Assembly (NCBI GenBank): GCA_965153455.1
Contig: OZ234493.1
Span: 34,028,213-34,092,212, forward strand
Source of the DNA: Sphagnum compactum
Taxonomy: Eukaryota
Direction: 5' to 3'
DNA: 64,000 bases
The notes below the pieces were generated by a model. It worked only from the letters and a program-made list of their open reading frames with translations, was not told the DNA's origin and did not search any database. Shown piece by piece: positions 37,501 through 50,869 of the stretch (positions are counted from its first letter, which is position 1; each line of letters starts with the position of its first letter). Both the position numbers and the translations under genes were made by a program.

Positions 37501-40500
37501 AGGAAAGAATGAACTAAGGATATTGGTCCCTTCTCTTTCTGCTCATTGATTAACACTGGCCTAGCAGTGAAAAGGTTCCTCAATCCTCACAAACTCTCTA
37601 AGTTTTCCCAATGTCATCATCTTCTCAATCAACTATAGCATGGATGAAGGTAGGGACACCAACCTCTTGTGCTTGCAAAGAAACTCCAATAACACCATTG
37701 ATGGCGGATACATCAACTTCAAGTGAGCGAACTGAAAGATCTGGGTATAAATTTGATGTTCCATCTGGACTTACAACCTCAACAGGCTCAACCTCAAACT
37801 GTGGGGTGCTGTATTGAGAGAACATTGTGACCTGGTCCCAGCATATCACAGATTAGAGCATAGAGAGTCATATGCAATTGTGTGGTATTCAAGAGCATGT
37901 CACTGATGAACTGAACTCAAGGCACCAGACACTCTGCAACTAAAAACATTTTTCATACCATAGTGTTGAGGACTATTTTAGCTTTTGTCAAATCTGTTGC
38001 TGTGCACTCAATGAAGACATTTCTCGTCTTCAGGGTGATGGCTGAGTGTGCCCCATTGATGATAGGTGGCAGTGAAAGAACTCTCCTGTTAAAACAATCC
38101 ATTACCAGAACCAAATGTGAAGCAGCTGGCTGTCCAGACCCACATTCCATGAGGCAAATAGAACACAAACTATCTAGGAGATTGTAGAGAAATCTCCACA
38201 ACATTTTGGAGGTAACATGACAAGAAGTGCAGTCACAACCTTATGAGAGTTGCTCACAAAGTGTCAGACCATCACCTTCTTCATGAATAGCAGTGACAAG
38301 CTGCCATTTGTACCAACTGATTTCATCAGCTCCCACAGTGGGTGTAGATAAGTAAATAACGATCAGCCCAAAATTTTGGGCAATTTTGAGGCACATGGAA
38401 CAGACCAGACAGACCAGAACAACACTTGCATTTTTTAAGCCTTATCATGAGGAGAGGGAAGACCGAAAGACACGTAGTACTCACCTTTTGCTGTCATACA
38501 AGACAGGGTAGACAAGAGAGCTCTCAATGATGCTCAGAAACTTCTTCAGCTTCATGTCCGACTGCCACCACATACAAGGACTGACATAAGACAATTTTCT
38601 TACATGCTCTGAGCACTTTCAAGTGCAGTAATGGTGTACTCAAAAGGCAACACCCCAAGTCACTTGAAAGGAAAATGTCAAGGAATGATGAGAGGAAAGG
38701 ACCTTGTAAAATTCCATCAGCTCAGCAGCATTGAACTCATTTCTCTGCATTCAGAGGCAATTTTCTTTTAGGATACCTCACTAATGTGCAAGATCTGGAT
38801 TCAGACTTGGTCTGCATAGGGACTATCCCAGTCATGACAACAGCAACAGAAGGAGAAGTCAACCTCATTGGAGTCCAAAACTAAAGATCGATGAAGTTGC
38901 AGAGAAATCTCCACAACAACAATTAAAGGTAACACGACAATGAGTGCAGTCATAACCTCATGAGAGTCGCTCACAAAGTGACAGACCATCACCTTCATCA
39001 CGAACGGCAGTGACGAGCTGCCATGACTACCCACTGAGTTCATCAGCTCCCAACAGTGGGTGTAGATAAGCATATAATAATCTTCCCAAAAAACTTGGGC
39101 AAACCATTATACACAAACTGCGTCCTGAGTTTCTGTTGCCTTTCCGGAAGCAATGGGAAGACTCAGACGTGATGTTGGCTAGCACTCAAGAGACATTGTT
39201 GGAGTCCAAAACTAAAAATTGGGTGACCTTACCTGTTTCAAGGGAACAAAATTGATATCAGCTGGAGGTAGTGCCTGCAAGGAGCAAACCAAATGTCAGA
39301 CAGAAAGCTCCTCACAGATGGCAATTACTTGCTACCACTCAAACAGCAAGACTCCAGTGAGACTACTAACAATCTCAGACATCCTCCTAGTGAATTCACA
39401 CAACCATATCAAGGTGTTCTGCAACTCTTAATTTGTGTTGCAAATGAACTGTGACTACACAGTGAAATTCTCGACTGCAATAGCTTGCCTCATATGTGAA
39501 GGGGCCTTGAAGTGTATCCAGATCATGAGTTCCAATAGCTACCAAAGTCCTTTTTCTGTACAAATGAAGTAAAGTCATTTTACATGGAAATGATGCAACA
39601 CGCCTTCCTCAGAATTTCATTGCCTTACTCTAAGATTTAACCCAGTAAGATTAAGCTAACTTACTAAAGACTTCTGCAAGCTTAAGTTGTTTTCAGTGAA
39701 GAGCAGTACCGACAAATATTCTGGTGAAGTTTGTCTTGAAGATCAATGAAACTGTTGTACCGAGACTCAGTAAGTGTAACACCTCTCAACACCGCACACA
39801 CAACAAATGGCCTGATCAATGCTGTCTGTTCTCCTCCCAACATGAGTGAAGCAACATTTCCAGGTAAGATATTTTTCAACCCGAAAACTTTTTGGCCTGG
39901 AAAATCAACAAGCTAAAAAAGCTGAAATGGATCACCCACCTCAGGTTTCACAACCATTCTCTGATAAGAGTGTGTCAGGCTGCTTTTACAGCTAAAAGTT
40001 GGAACAGACTGCTTCTGGCCAAAAATGCGAAGTGCCCTTGCGATGCCTTCAAGGCACAAAAGGTCATATCTGCATCACAAAACAGACCTTGCTGATTTAT
40101 TTCAAGGGACAAGGATTCAATGTTGATTTGAGAAATGAGCTAAAGCAATAACTAGACTGCAAAGAAAAAAACACTGTCTTTTACTCTTTCCTAAACTTTA
40201 TCACATACATCCATCCACAGGGGGAGCACATAGGGATGTGACAGGAGAAACAGGGGAGAAGGCTTTGAGAGGACTGAAACAGACCGGTTGGCCGGCACAT
40301 CAATCTTATATATGATCTCCTCGTCTTCATCCTCATCTTCTTCATGGTCCAAATGCTTCTCCTTACGTACTATTGCCTTCTCAGTTGTCTGCCACAATCA
40401 ATCTACATGTGAGTACATGGCTGATGATTTCAACAAGATCCAATCATCATTGTGAACTAGAAAGTGGCAAGTGCTCCTCCATAGTTTGGGGAAATTACAA

Positions 40501-40927
40501 CCTACCACATCGTCAAGTTCGATGCCAAACTCGAAACAAAGCTCATCGAATTCAGCTTCACCTAAAACAAGCCAAAAATAAGACGAGTCTTAGCAACTGC
40601 AATAGCTCTTCTGAGATTCTCTTCCTTTGCATTCCAAATCCAGAAACAGGTAATACCTACCTATCCTAGTAGCTAGCTCACAAACAGACCAAAAAAAGGT
40701 CGCCACTCCTCTACTCTTCTTCATGATCTCCCAGTCCCACAACAAATTCTCACACAACAAGGTCTTTAATGAATCCACAAAACTGCGGAAAAAAGAACGT
40801 GTCGTGCTCTGCTAAGTAGTACAAAAGAGCATTGTCAACACGAGGAGAGGCGAAGAAGAAGGCTCTTACTGTATGTCTGCTCCAAAGCTGCAAAGAGGCG
40901 ATCACGGCCCACGCTTACGGTCGGCAT
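34539..40927 (-). CDS. FARSB: Phenylalanine--tRNA ligase beta subunit, cytosolic (19 exons)
   Basis: Exons: 40870-40927, 40506-40561, 40285-40388, 39940-40069, 39710-39825, 39489-39555, 39233-39274, 38703-38744, 38485-38561, 37959-38085, 37664-37831, 36490-36606, 36245-36355, 35820-35954, 35603-35677, 35376-35483, 35126-35239, 34800-34883, 34539-34613. Translation: [12 protein letters not shown]...FGIELDDV...[12 protein letters not shown]...[30 protein letters not shown]...[10 protein letters not shown]...[25 protein letters not shown]...FGIVHPEV...FDITDPCS..stop. Confidence 0.97.
38166..38386 (-). mobile_element. Short copy of the Penelope-like 3'-end repeat in PheRS-beta intron 9
   Basis: High similarity to 38895-39100. 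Flanked by tgaggca(a/c)at(a/g)gaaca at 38150-38165 and 38387-38402 (14/16 identical). Confidence 0.8.
38886..39198 (-). mobile_element. 313-bp copy of the Penelope-like 3'-end repeat in PheRS-beta intron 7, with a perfect 18-bp TSD
   Basis: TSD ttggagtccaaaactaaa at 38868-38885 and 39199-39216. Internal blocks match the 3' UTR of the RT element (31645-31675, 31706-31765, 31445-31456). Confidence 0.9.
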
Positions 40928-41019
40928 CACGCCCGCCTTTGGGTCTCCTCTCCCGCCTTCGCCACAAGAGCTCCAACTGCTGGAACGTCAACAACGAGCG
41001 AAGCTGAGGATAGGGACTT

Positions 41020-41035
41020 AAACCCTAACCCTAAA
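41020..41035. promoter_or_regulatory. Telo-box (AAACCCTA) about 90 bp upstream of the PheRS-beta start codon
   Basis: aaaccctaaccctaaa. Telo-boxes are established elements near the TSS of plant translation-machinery genes. Confidence 0.65.
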
Positions 41036-41116
41036 TACCGTAGCGACGCCCGAAATCTTCATAGAAAAGGCGTGGAAAATCCGAAAGTTTGAATTTTTTG
41101 AGAAAATTTGGAAGAT

Positions 41117-41144
41117 GCTAAGCTAAGCTAAGCTAAGCTAAGCT
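41117..41144. repeat. (GCTAA)n pentanucleotide microsatellite in the PheRS-beta promoter region
   Basis: gctaagctaagctaagctaagctaagct. Confidence 0.9.
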
Positions 41145-42962
41145 TTGTCCTCTATAGCCAAAAAGATTCATTTTTGTGCGAAATTTCGCCAAACTGTGGC
41201 ACAGATGCAGATTTGCCATCGCAAGATTCAGTCCTTTATTCTTTACACTAATTCGTCATATTTAGAGCTTTTGGGGTCTGAATCGCCACGATTTTATCTC
41301 TGGCTGAAACAACTAGGAAATTTATTTATTTATAATTTCAACTTTCATACTTTGAAATAGCCAAATTTGGCTAGATGTTCTTATGGTTGATCGCAAGCTG
41401 TGTTACAGCAGAAATTTGAAAAAAAAAAACCCCTGGTTCTCTGCAGTTTTACAAAATTTGGAGAAAGAAAATGATAGTTTTGACACAGGCAAATTGATGA
41501 TCATCCAGGAAATAATTTAGCCAAATTTGGCTATTCTCTGGATACAAAAGTTTAAGCCAAAAAGTCCTCCTATATTCTTGCACTAGTACAAAATGTGGGT
41601 GTAGTTCATTAGTCCATGTTTGTGAGTGTAATTCATTAGTCCTCATTTGCTAGAGCGGTGAATTCATTGCTTCATCAATAAATCTCATTCCCTCCGATGA
41701 TTAGTAAATTCGTTCAAAATCCAATGAAATCACTTGACATATAAACACCTTTTGTTCTAGTTTTCACTTGACATATAAACACCTTTTGTTCTAGTGTTGG
41801 CTGCCCTATTGGATAGTTTTTTTCCCCTCCAACTTCGTGATATCAAAAATTAGGGAAAATTTTCAACAATTAACAAAATTAGTCAAATTTACATTTTTAA
41901 AAAATCAAATTTTTGGGTCGAAAAAATAAAATTTAAAAATTAAAAAAATTGAAATATGAAAATTTTAAAAGTTGGATTGAAAAATATCACATATTTATAT
42001 TTGTGAAATTTAATCATTCCACTTATCATAATACTAATATGGATGAAATGACTAGGTATAATAATTATTTAATGTATCATTTAACAATGTCACATATAAC
42101 TAGATTAATTCAACCAAATTCATAATCTATCATGAACTTTGTACAAATGTATTTTAGATTTTTGTTCAATAAAAAGAAACAAAAGTAAAAAATAAAAATT
42201 GGTTGGCATTTGACATTCAATAAACAATAAATTTTAGTGAAACACCTAAGGATTTACTTAGGTTATGGGATACCTAATGATTATTTAGGAAGTTACTTAA
42301 GACCTACTTGAGGAATCCAACGAAACACTTAAAGATCTATCTAAGTTATGGGATACCCAAGGGTTATTTAAAGGGGCTATACATAGCTTATTACCAATAT
42401 GAGAAATTGTGCCTTTGAAACCTCAATACCTTGTAGTTAAAGCTTTGAAACAATTAATTGATAATTACATTGTAACTATCCCATGGAAATATGATGAATT
42501 AAAAACAAAAATATCATATCAAAAATTTGTGAAGTTATATTGTAATTGCATAGTAGTCCCAAAATGAATTGTTATAAAGATGAATGTATGCATTGTATAA
42601 ATAATTTTTGTCAACCATGTTTGATTTTGTTAACAATTGCACGAAAATCACATATGACAATTACAATATAATAGAATAAATAAAGCACTAATTAAGAACT
42701 TTTTTGAAACTACTTTACAATTATTTTACTGAATCTTCATGCAACTACCCAATTACTAACTTTTATATATATATATATATATATATAAGGCTATGCTACC
42801 ATAACCTAATTTAACATAATTAAAAGTTAATGATAACTAGCCTAGCAAATTATTTAAAATAATAATGAGAAATTTATTTTTATTACTATTATACAATAGT
42901 ATAAGTTGGCTTCTAGATTAATAGTTAATACACATAGTAGATAGATAATGCTAAGGTAGAAC

Positions 42963-45512
42963 TATTGGTCCGTATGTATAATTGTAGTATTATACTCGCG
43001 ATATTATACGATGGTATTATACCACCATCAGAAACAACTATACACTGTATAATTATTGTATAATAGGCAAGTGCGCCCACGGATTGCGCAAACGGTTCGA
43101 TTCTTGCCCCACCCACGGATTGCACAAACGGTTCGATTCTTGCCCCACCCACGGATTGCGTAAACGGTTCGATTCAGGCAATCTGGTGCTCTGGTTTCTG
43201 GTGTTCATCTGTGTTCATGGGGAAGACTAAAGACGATATCTGGTCTAAGTTTGGCCAATCTTACAAGCAGGGCGATGCGAAATCGAGCTACTGCAAGTGC
43301 TTGGTGTGCGATAAGCCTGTGATTACGGCAGTGGGCCACATGCGCGATCATTGAGCGAAGTGCAAGAAGTGTCCCCACGCCATTGGCTAACTTGATGCAG
43401 GTTTTCAGCCATCACAAAAGTTGGCAAAGACGTGGACTATGCAGTCATCTTCAGCGCATTCCTTGGCGGGTAATGGTGGCAGTACGGTTGGGGAGTTGGT
43501 TGAACCACTGAATCCCTCACCCTTTTTCATTGGCGGTCGCCAGCATTTTGATTCGTTGAAGAAAGGCGAATTGGAGAAGCTGCACCAGTTGTTCGCCCGC
43601 GGTGTTCATCATACGGCCATGCCTTACTCTGCTTTTGAGCACCCGACATGGAAAGATTTCTTTCAAGTGCTGCACGACTACTTTCAGCTTCCATCTTCAG
43701 CCGCAATCAATGGTGAGCTTATGCGAGCAGAATATGCAATTACCATGAACGATGTTCTGCTCGCCCTTGGCAAGCATTCGCTCATTTGCTTCACGCTGGA
43801 CGGTGCCACAAACTTGCAGGGGAAATAAGTCATCAACATGATGGCTTGTGGACCTAAGTCGTTCTTCCTTGAGCACTTCACGATAGAGCTCCGCAGAGAG
43901 AGCGCGGCCAATCTGCTGGAAAAGTTGCTGAACTGTAAGTTGCGCCTACTTGGATCGATTCGCCAGTCGGCTCTTGGTTTCGTGTTATCGAGGGACGTCA
44001 GAATGTTTGACGACAGCGACATTGACGTGGTGGAGCCGTAGGAAGAAGGACAGGTTTGCACCAAGAATGAACACTTCATTAATCCCCCGATGTTTTGCTT
44101 CTACAACGATTCCTCGAATGTCATGGTCAAGCTGCGTAAGGAGTGCCTAAAGACGAAGGAGTTCGCGTTCGCTTACGGTTGTGCGCCCCATGCAATCCAC
44201 AATCTTTGCATGGATCTGATCAAGAACTTCACTGGAGTGAAGCACGTCTTGAAGCAAATAGTATTCATGGTCAAAACCTTGAAATCGTCGCATCTTTTTC
44301 TACAATTATTTGACAAGCTGTGTTTGGAGAAGTTCAAGAAGACCTACGTGTTTATCCTCTTCACGAAGACCCGATGGGGCACCGTAATCTTCACCGTGCA
44401 ACGTGCCAACACAGTCAAGGCGGCGTGCATAGCGTTGCCAAGCGAAATTCTGAACGCCAAACTCGACATTGATATATGTGACGAGCTCAAAGCGTTGGTT
44501 ATTGATCCAGTTTATTGGAAAGGCATCGTTGTGATGGAGACGCTCTTCGTGACGATTAGCTCCTATTTAACTTACCTGGAGGGAGACGAAACGATGTTTT
44601 CTACCGTGTATGCGTGTTTTGTGACGATCAAGTACCACATTAAGACGCTCAATCGCGCCGTCATGGACACCTTCAACCTGGGTGACGATGATATCAAACA
44701 GATGATGATGCTGCTCCACCATCGTTTTTCATCTATTCGGAGGCCCATGGTCTTGCATTCGCGACAGATCCAATGTTCACTATCATGCGCAGTAAGATCG
44801 CGGCCAAGTTCGACGAAGACTTCCTGCAAGTTGGGAAAGGTTCGATCAACCAGCAGGCGAAGGCTGCACTCGTCCGTCTCTCGAATGGCAACGAGGACCT
44901 CCAGCGATCATATTTCAGTGAGTTCACCACGTTTATCATGCGACCAATAAACAGTGATTATGATTTCAACGATATCAAGTTTAAGCCGTCAGAATTGTGG
45001 ACATTGTGTGACGATTTGTGCTATGGCTCCATCAAGGGTGCGCTATCGGCATTGCACAAGAACTCGGCCGGGGGAAGCGGGGGCGAGCGGAATCACAAGG
45101 CGGGCAAGCGCGTTCACAGTCGCTCACATGCTCGGTTGGGCCAAGCCAAGATCGAGACGGGGACCACCATCCTGTTCAACGCAAAGCAGTTCGATCGCCG
45201 AATAGCTACAACATGGGATACAAAGTTCTGCAGGTGGCTGCAACAGCTCGGTGCTGACATCGGAGATGACGCTGAAAAGGAGCCCCTAGACGAGGAAGAG
45301 GATGCCGCTGGTGGCTACATTGAAGAATTTGATCGCCTTGACATTTCTAGCAGCATCGACGGCATTGTTGACGAGGATCTCTTAGACGAGGAGGTGGTGG
45401 ACGAGGGTAACATCTTCAATTGAGGTGGACTCTGACTGTTGTATAATACAATTTGGTATTATACGATATTATACCATGCAGTCCGCGTAGGTTCCAATTA
45501 TACAGAACAGTA
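42963..45512 (+). mobile_element. Full-length hAT DNA transposon with an inactivated transposase
   Basis: Perfect 8-bp TSD GGTAGAAC (42955-42962, 45513-45520). Imperfect TIRs TATTGGTCCGTAT(GTAT)AATTG versus TACTGTTCTGTATAATTG (reverse complement of the right end). TATTATAC subterminal motifs at both ends and 3x ~33-bp repeats at 43075-43174. Confidence 0.88.
43217..45423 (+). pseudogene. hAT transposase pseudogene (BED finger, DUF659-like catalytic region, C-terminal dimerization-like region)
   Basis: MGKTKDDIWSKF...CKCLVC...HMRDH*AKC; FTLDGATN; YNDSSNVM; GCAPHAIHNLCMD; TKTRWGT; GERNHKAGKRVHSRSHARL. In-frame stops at 43352, 43388, 43826 and 44039, plus a frameshift near 44735. Confidence 0.88.
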
Positions 45513-48500
45513 GGTAGAACCACCCATCATGAATTATTGGCCAATGATTGAATAATTGTGGATCATTCTTGTTTTTTGTTTATTTTGTGTGATGTAAAGC
45601 ATCATGGGAACACTAAGGTAAGCTTTACATTATATGTTTTAAGTCCAAAAGTAAAATAACAACATAGAAAAAACACGACGCATGTCAAAATTGCATAGTG
45701 TGTTTTTAAAGAAATTGACCTTTTATTTTAAAAACTTCATATCTTCCTTGTTTCTTAACCATTTTTAACAATTTAAAGTGTTATGGGTGCATCAAGTTAA
45801 GCTTTACATTAATTATTTGATCTCTAGAGATAAAAGAACAACATAAAAGAATCATGAAGAAAACAAATGTGTTAAATCTTAAAGTGTGAATTAAGCCAAT
45901 GACCAAACATTGACCTTATTTACTCTTAACAACTGTATCTTCCTCATTTTGCATTTTTTTTGAATAATTTAAATGGATGTGTGTGCACCAAGCCAAGATC
46001 AAAAAAATCTTTTGCATTTGCAAGGTAATGTCTTAGGATTTAAAGTTTTTTGAAAAATTACGTGTTTGTTCATTAGCCTATCTTGTAATAGTTGTAAATA
46101 GTTTGCGATTATAATGCACAATTTTCTTAACCCATATTTTTTGTCTTACTTTTCAAGTTTGTAAAGATATAATTAGATGCATTGAAAATATTAAAAACAA
46201 GTGACATTTGGAATAATCCGTTAAAAGAACTTTTGGCCTTAAAAGTTAAACCCAATTAAATATGATTATTTCAAATAACCTAGCTATTAGGCTTAAGCCT
46301 ACCTACCTATCTATCTAAGCCTAACTACCTATTTACTTAGCTTAGAAAAGGTAAGTAGTAATGCCTACCTATTTTAGGTCTATTTATTTATTGAACTAAA
46401 CACAACATGTCAACATTTTATTAGCTTTAAGTTGGATGACCTAAATTAAATTAATAAATATATTAAATATTAAAACAAACTTAGAATTGCCACCTATCCA
46501 TTGATGATTTGTTAGCACATCATTGCCGCATTAACACATTGTTGTTTATGTAATTGCATAGTAGTTACAATGATATACTTGCAATATAGTTGCACGAATT
46601 GCATATGTATATGGTTTCATATACAATGAATTTTGTTTGTTGCAACTCTTGCAACTTGTTCAATCACATTCGAATTGTAAAAACACATTAAATTACAAGT
46701 GATCGTTGCAACTCAAAACCTAGTTGTAAGCTTAATTGCAAAACATCCTATTTTTTCATAATGTACCTTGGAGACTACCTAGGGTTATCAAAAGCCTACA
46801 TAAAGGGCCAAATATAACTTACTTAAGGATTACCGAAGGCTTACATAGGTTATGGGATATTTAAAGGCTATTTAAAAATTACATAAAACTCTTATGTAAT
46901 CTTTAAATATCCTTTAGGTAGTTCCTAAATAATCTCCTTATGTAGTCACATAAATAACCTTCCTAGGTATCCCCTAACTTAAAAAAATCCCTAGATAGTT
47001 TCCTAAATAGCCTCATAACTATCCCTTAACTTTAAGACATTTTAAAATTATCTTTTAGGTAAGCCTTACATTGTCCTCAATTATTCTTTGACTAAGGTAG
47101 GATCTTAGGTACAATCCCTAAATATCCCTTAGGCAATCCCCTAAGTAGCTTTTAAATAAACCCCTATGTAATTTGATAAGTAATTTTTAGAATCCCTTGA
47201 CTTAGGAAGTTTTCTTATAGTTGCCTAAGTAGATGTTATGTGATTTTCTAAATAATTTTAAAACAACTTTTAAATAGTCCTTAAAATGACCTTATGTGGT
47301 TTCAAATGTAATCTTTTGACAACTCCTATTTTAAGTAAATAGGTGAATAGCCCATAAGTAAATAAGTAAATATTTTTTGGGTAGGAAAATAAATTGCCCA
47401 TAATTAAATAAGTAAATAACCCATGGTTAAATAGATAGGTAGCTAATAAGTAAGTAGGTAGGCCTAACCTAATTAACCGTTAAATAAATAATCCTTAGTT
47501 TATGTGACCATAATGTACGTAGATTATAATGTGGTTAGAGAAGTGATTATGAAAATCACTTTTGAAGCCTTTATCTTTAGTTTTGAAAATTATTTCTCAC
47601 TTTGCTAGACTTTAGATAGTCTGAATAGGGAAGATGAATGGTATAGTCCGAATCAAAGTGAGGCTCAAAGTAAGGATTGCTTTACGAATAACTCTATTGC
47701 ATAATTAATTTCAAATATGCTTGTGCTTAACTTAAACCAAGTAAAATTTGAATTTTTGTGGAGTAAATTTTTTTGATTACTAACTTCAATAAATGGTTTA
47801 AAATGTGAAAAGCACTTGTAAAACCAATCGTGACAATGGTACAAATTCATATAGGTGGAAAATATGTGATTTCGAAGAACTATGTATTTTTACCCATAAA
47901 TTTTGGTTGCAAATATTGTGAATACCCTAAGCAATCAAAGTTCATTTTAAGAAAGCCAAGTTACAAGTCATGTTCTGAATTTTTTTTTCCTTAATAAAAC
48001 TTAAGAATTTCCCATTACATAAAAACTAAAATTTCCTTGATCGTAAGAGAATGACTTTAAGAAATTGTACATACCTTAAAAGTCTTTTTTTGCTTCAAGT
48101 GAACAAAATTCAAAGAATAATGTGGTTTAATTTGTGAAACATGGCTCAACTTCAAAATAGTTTTCCTTAAAATAACTTATAATCTTTAGAATTTTGTTTA
48201 CTTTTATTGCATAGGCCTTTGAAAAATCTTCGAGAAAAATGATCCTTTATTTCAATTGAGCAAAATATAAAAAAGGTTGAAGGCATGCAAAAGTTCGAAT
48301 ACACAATATTTAATATATTTTTCCAAAAACATTAGCAAAATTACTCAAATCTACACTAGGGAAAGGAAAAACCCGCAACTTTTCCCCCTTTTTTTGTTGG
48401 GAAAAAACAACAAAAAAATTGTCAAAAATAAAAACCACTGGTGTTGTGTGCCCTCTTTCTTTATAATGTCATCATGCAACCATTTCTATGTTGGTCATTG

Positions 48501-50869
48501 GAACCCCATATCACCAAAAGTTCCTCTTTCATGTGTAAGTTGAAGTTCAACATCAATATATGTGATCAATTTGATTGTATTTTTTGGGGGTCATGCATCC
48601 TTGGCCTTAGTAGGTACTCAAGACTGTGAGTAAATCTACTTTGAATTCTGTTATGAAATGAACATGCCTTATGAATTTGTCAAATCTGAAGGAATTCTGA
48701 AATTATGACTTGCAATAACATCCTCATCTAGTGATGACCACCAAGTTCAACCCAATACAAGTTCTAAGAGGCATCAATGACATGTGAATTTGCTAATAGG
48801 AGAATGCCGACATAGTTGGATATATTGAACAAGAATGGGGATTGTGTAACACTGATTAACCAAATTTGCATGTTGCATGAAGTGGACCATTGTTGCCTCA
48901 CTACTACATTTTTACATGGCTATACATAGTGCATTCCAAGCAAGTTTACATTGAAGAGCAAATTCCCTAATTTGGACTCGTTTAAGGTGGTGAATCCCTC
49001 TAGTTATTATGAGTGAATAAGTTATGTTTACATGTGTGTGCAGCCTCTTGGATTTACAGAAGCAGACTTGAAGAATGCAGACTTCAAATTGCAGGCAAAA
49101 AGATTCAAAGGAAGATGGTAGGAAAGCAGCTGACACTGACTTCAGAATCATATAGTTTCATGGGCCAGTGAGTATATATGCATTTGCTCAAGGCTGTCAT
49201 GATGTAACCCAAAAAGGATGTGGGATGGAAACTCTCTTTGTTTGTTAGGGCTAGGTACTGTTTTTGGAAAGCTGAACTGCTTCAAGCTCAGACGGGTAGT
49301 CAGCATGATGTGACCCTTGGCAAGCTCCTTGACAAGTTGGGTAACTGATGGGGAGCTTAGTGGATCCCCTTTTGATTTTTTGTGCTTTTGTGTGGGATGG
49401 TGTAGAAGGAGCATATATGGCTGTTCAGAAGGTGCTCACACACTCATGATTGTGCTTGGATAAAGGGGCTGCAGATGATGATGCTAAGGGTCTGAATGGA
49501 AGCTAGTCAGTTGTTAGTAGCTTGTGGAACTGAAGAAGAGAGTGGCAGCAGCATCAATTGAGCTTTCAACATGGAAGCAGGAAGCAGGAGAGGTGTGTAT
49601 AAAATATTCAGTTTGTGTGCAGATGTGAGAAGTTGTAATAATGGTATGTAGGCAAAAGAATGTGTTGTTCTACTAGCTAGAGAATGAGCAATTTTGGCAA
49701 GCAAGAGTGCAGACCTGTGCTAATTTGTTCTAAAATTGAACTTTGAGATTTGAATGCATGACATCTTATGAGTTGTTTGTGAAAGAGGCTGAAATTGACT
49801 AATTTTTTGTTGGAAAAATATATATCATTGGTTGTGGCCAGGACTAGAAATAACTATCCATCTTTGGAAAAGAACAAGGTTGTACAAGTAAGGTCAGATG
49901 ACATGTTTTGTTGTCCAATTCCATGACCTTCTTCTTTGTGAAAGGATGTAGAACACAGTTTGTCAATAACCTGACATGATTTATTTAAGAGATGACCTTT
50001 TCTCAAGTCATTGGCAAATTGCATGTTTGAAAGGGTTTTCATTCAGGAAAATGCAAGTGAATGGATGGATTGTTCTTGAAGGGCTAATAGGACATAAATG
50101 CATGAAGTTGGTTGCTGTTGAAAAGAACCCTTGGTACGTTTCATTGGTCCCAGTTAAATTCCCAGTTAAGTTTGGAACTTGATATAACCATGGTTAGTTT
50201 CCAACCTTAGTTAGTTAGTTTTTTTTTTTTTTTCAAAAATTTCATGAATCAACATGTAGTTTGGTTTTGAACCTGGTTCTTCACATTCTTGAACTTTCTT
50301 CCCATTTTGGATCCTTGAAAAGAGTCCAAAGAAATGTCTAGTTTTAGGTACTTACACACAACTTAACATTGAGGATTGGGCAAGTACTAGCATTGTACAA
50401 CCAATAAAAAGGTTGCCACCCGAATAAAAAAAAGGTATAATTCTACATACAACCTTTTCCAAAATGAAAATACCTATGTACCTAAGAAAAAGTACAAAAT
50501 TCAATACCTGACTAAATAGAGAAATTGAAATCTATAGGAGAAAGATTTGCAAGCAGTTCTAGTTCCTGCAAAGGGTATGGTATGACAGGGTCCAGTTTTG
50601 AAACTTGCTTATTAGTACAGGGTCAGCTTCAGCACATGTTTGCCGAATAACTAACTAACTAATTAATTAATTAGTTAGTTTTGAAGATTCAATTTGAAAA
50701 ATAAAAATATTCCTGAGTAATTCAAAAAAAATCTTTTAAATTTACCTTCACAAATTTTTTTTCTTTGAGACTTTTAAGAAAAAAAATTCAGCATAAAGAA
50801 ATTTATGAAAAAAAATCCACAATACCTACCTACTCACACTACTTGCTGACGTTTTATCTTTTTCTAGTT

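Noticed and set aside
43075-43174. 3x ~33-bp repeats resembling a CRISPR array
   Set aside because: Head-to-tail repeats without unique spacers, in a eukaryotic context, inside the hAT subterminal region.
48650-50050. Possible exon-like segments with moderate GC
   Set aside because: No consistent open frame or recognisable protein could be assembled.
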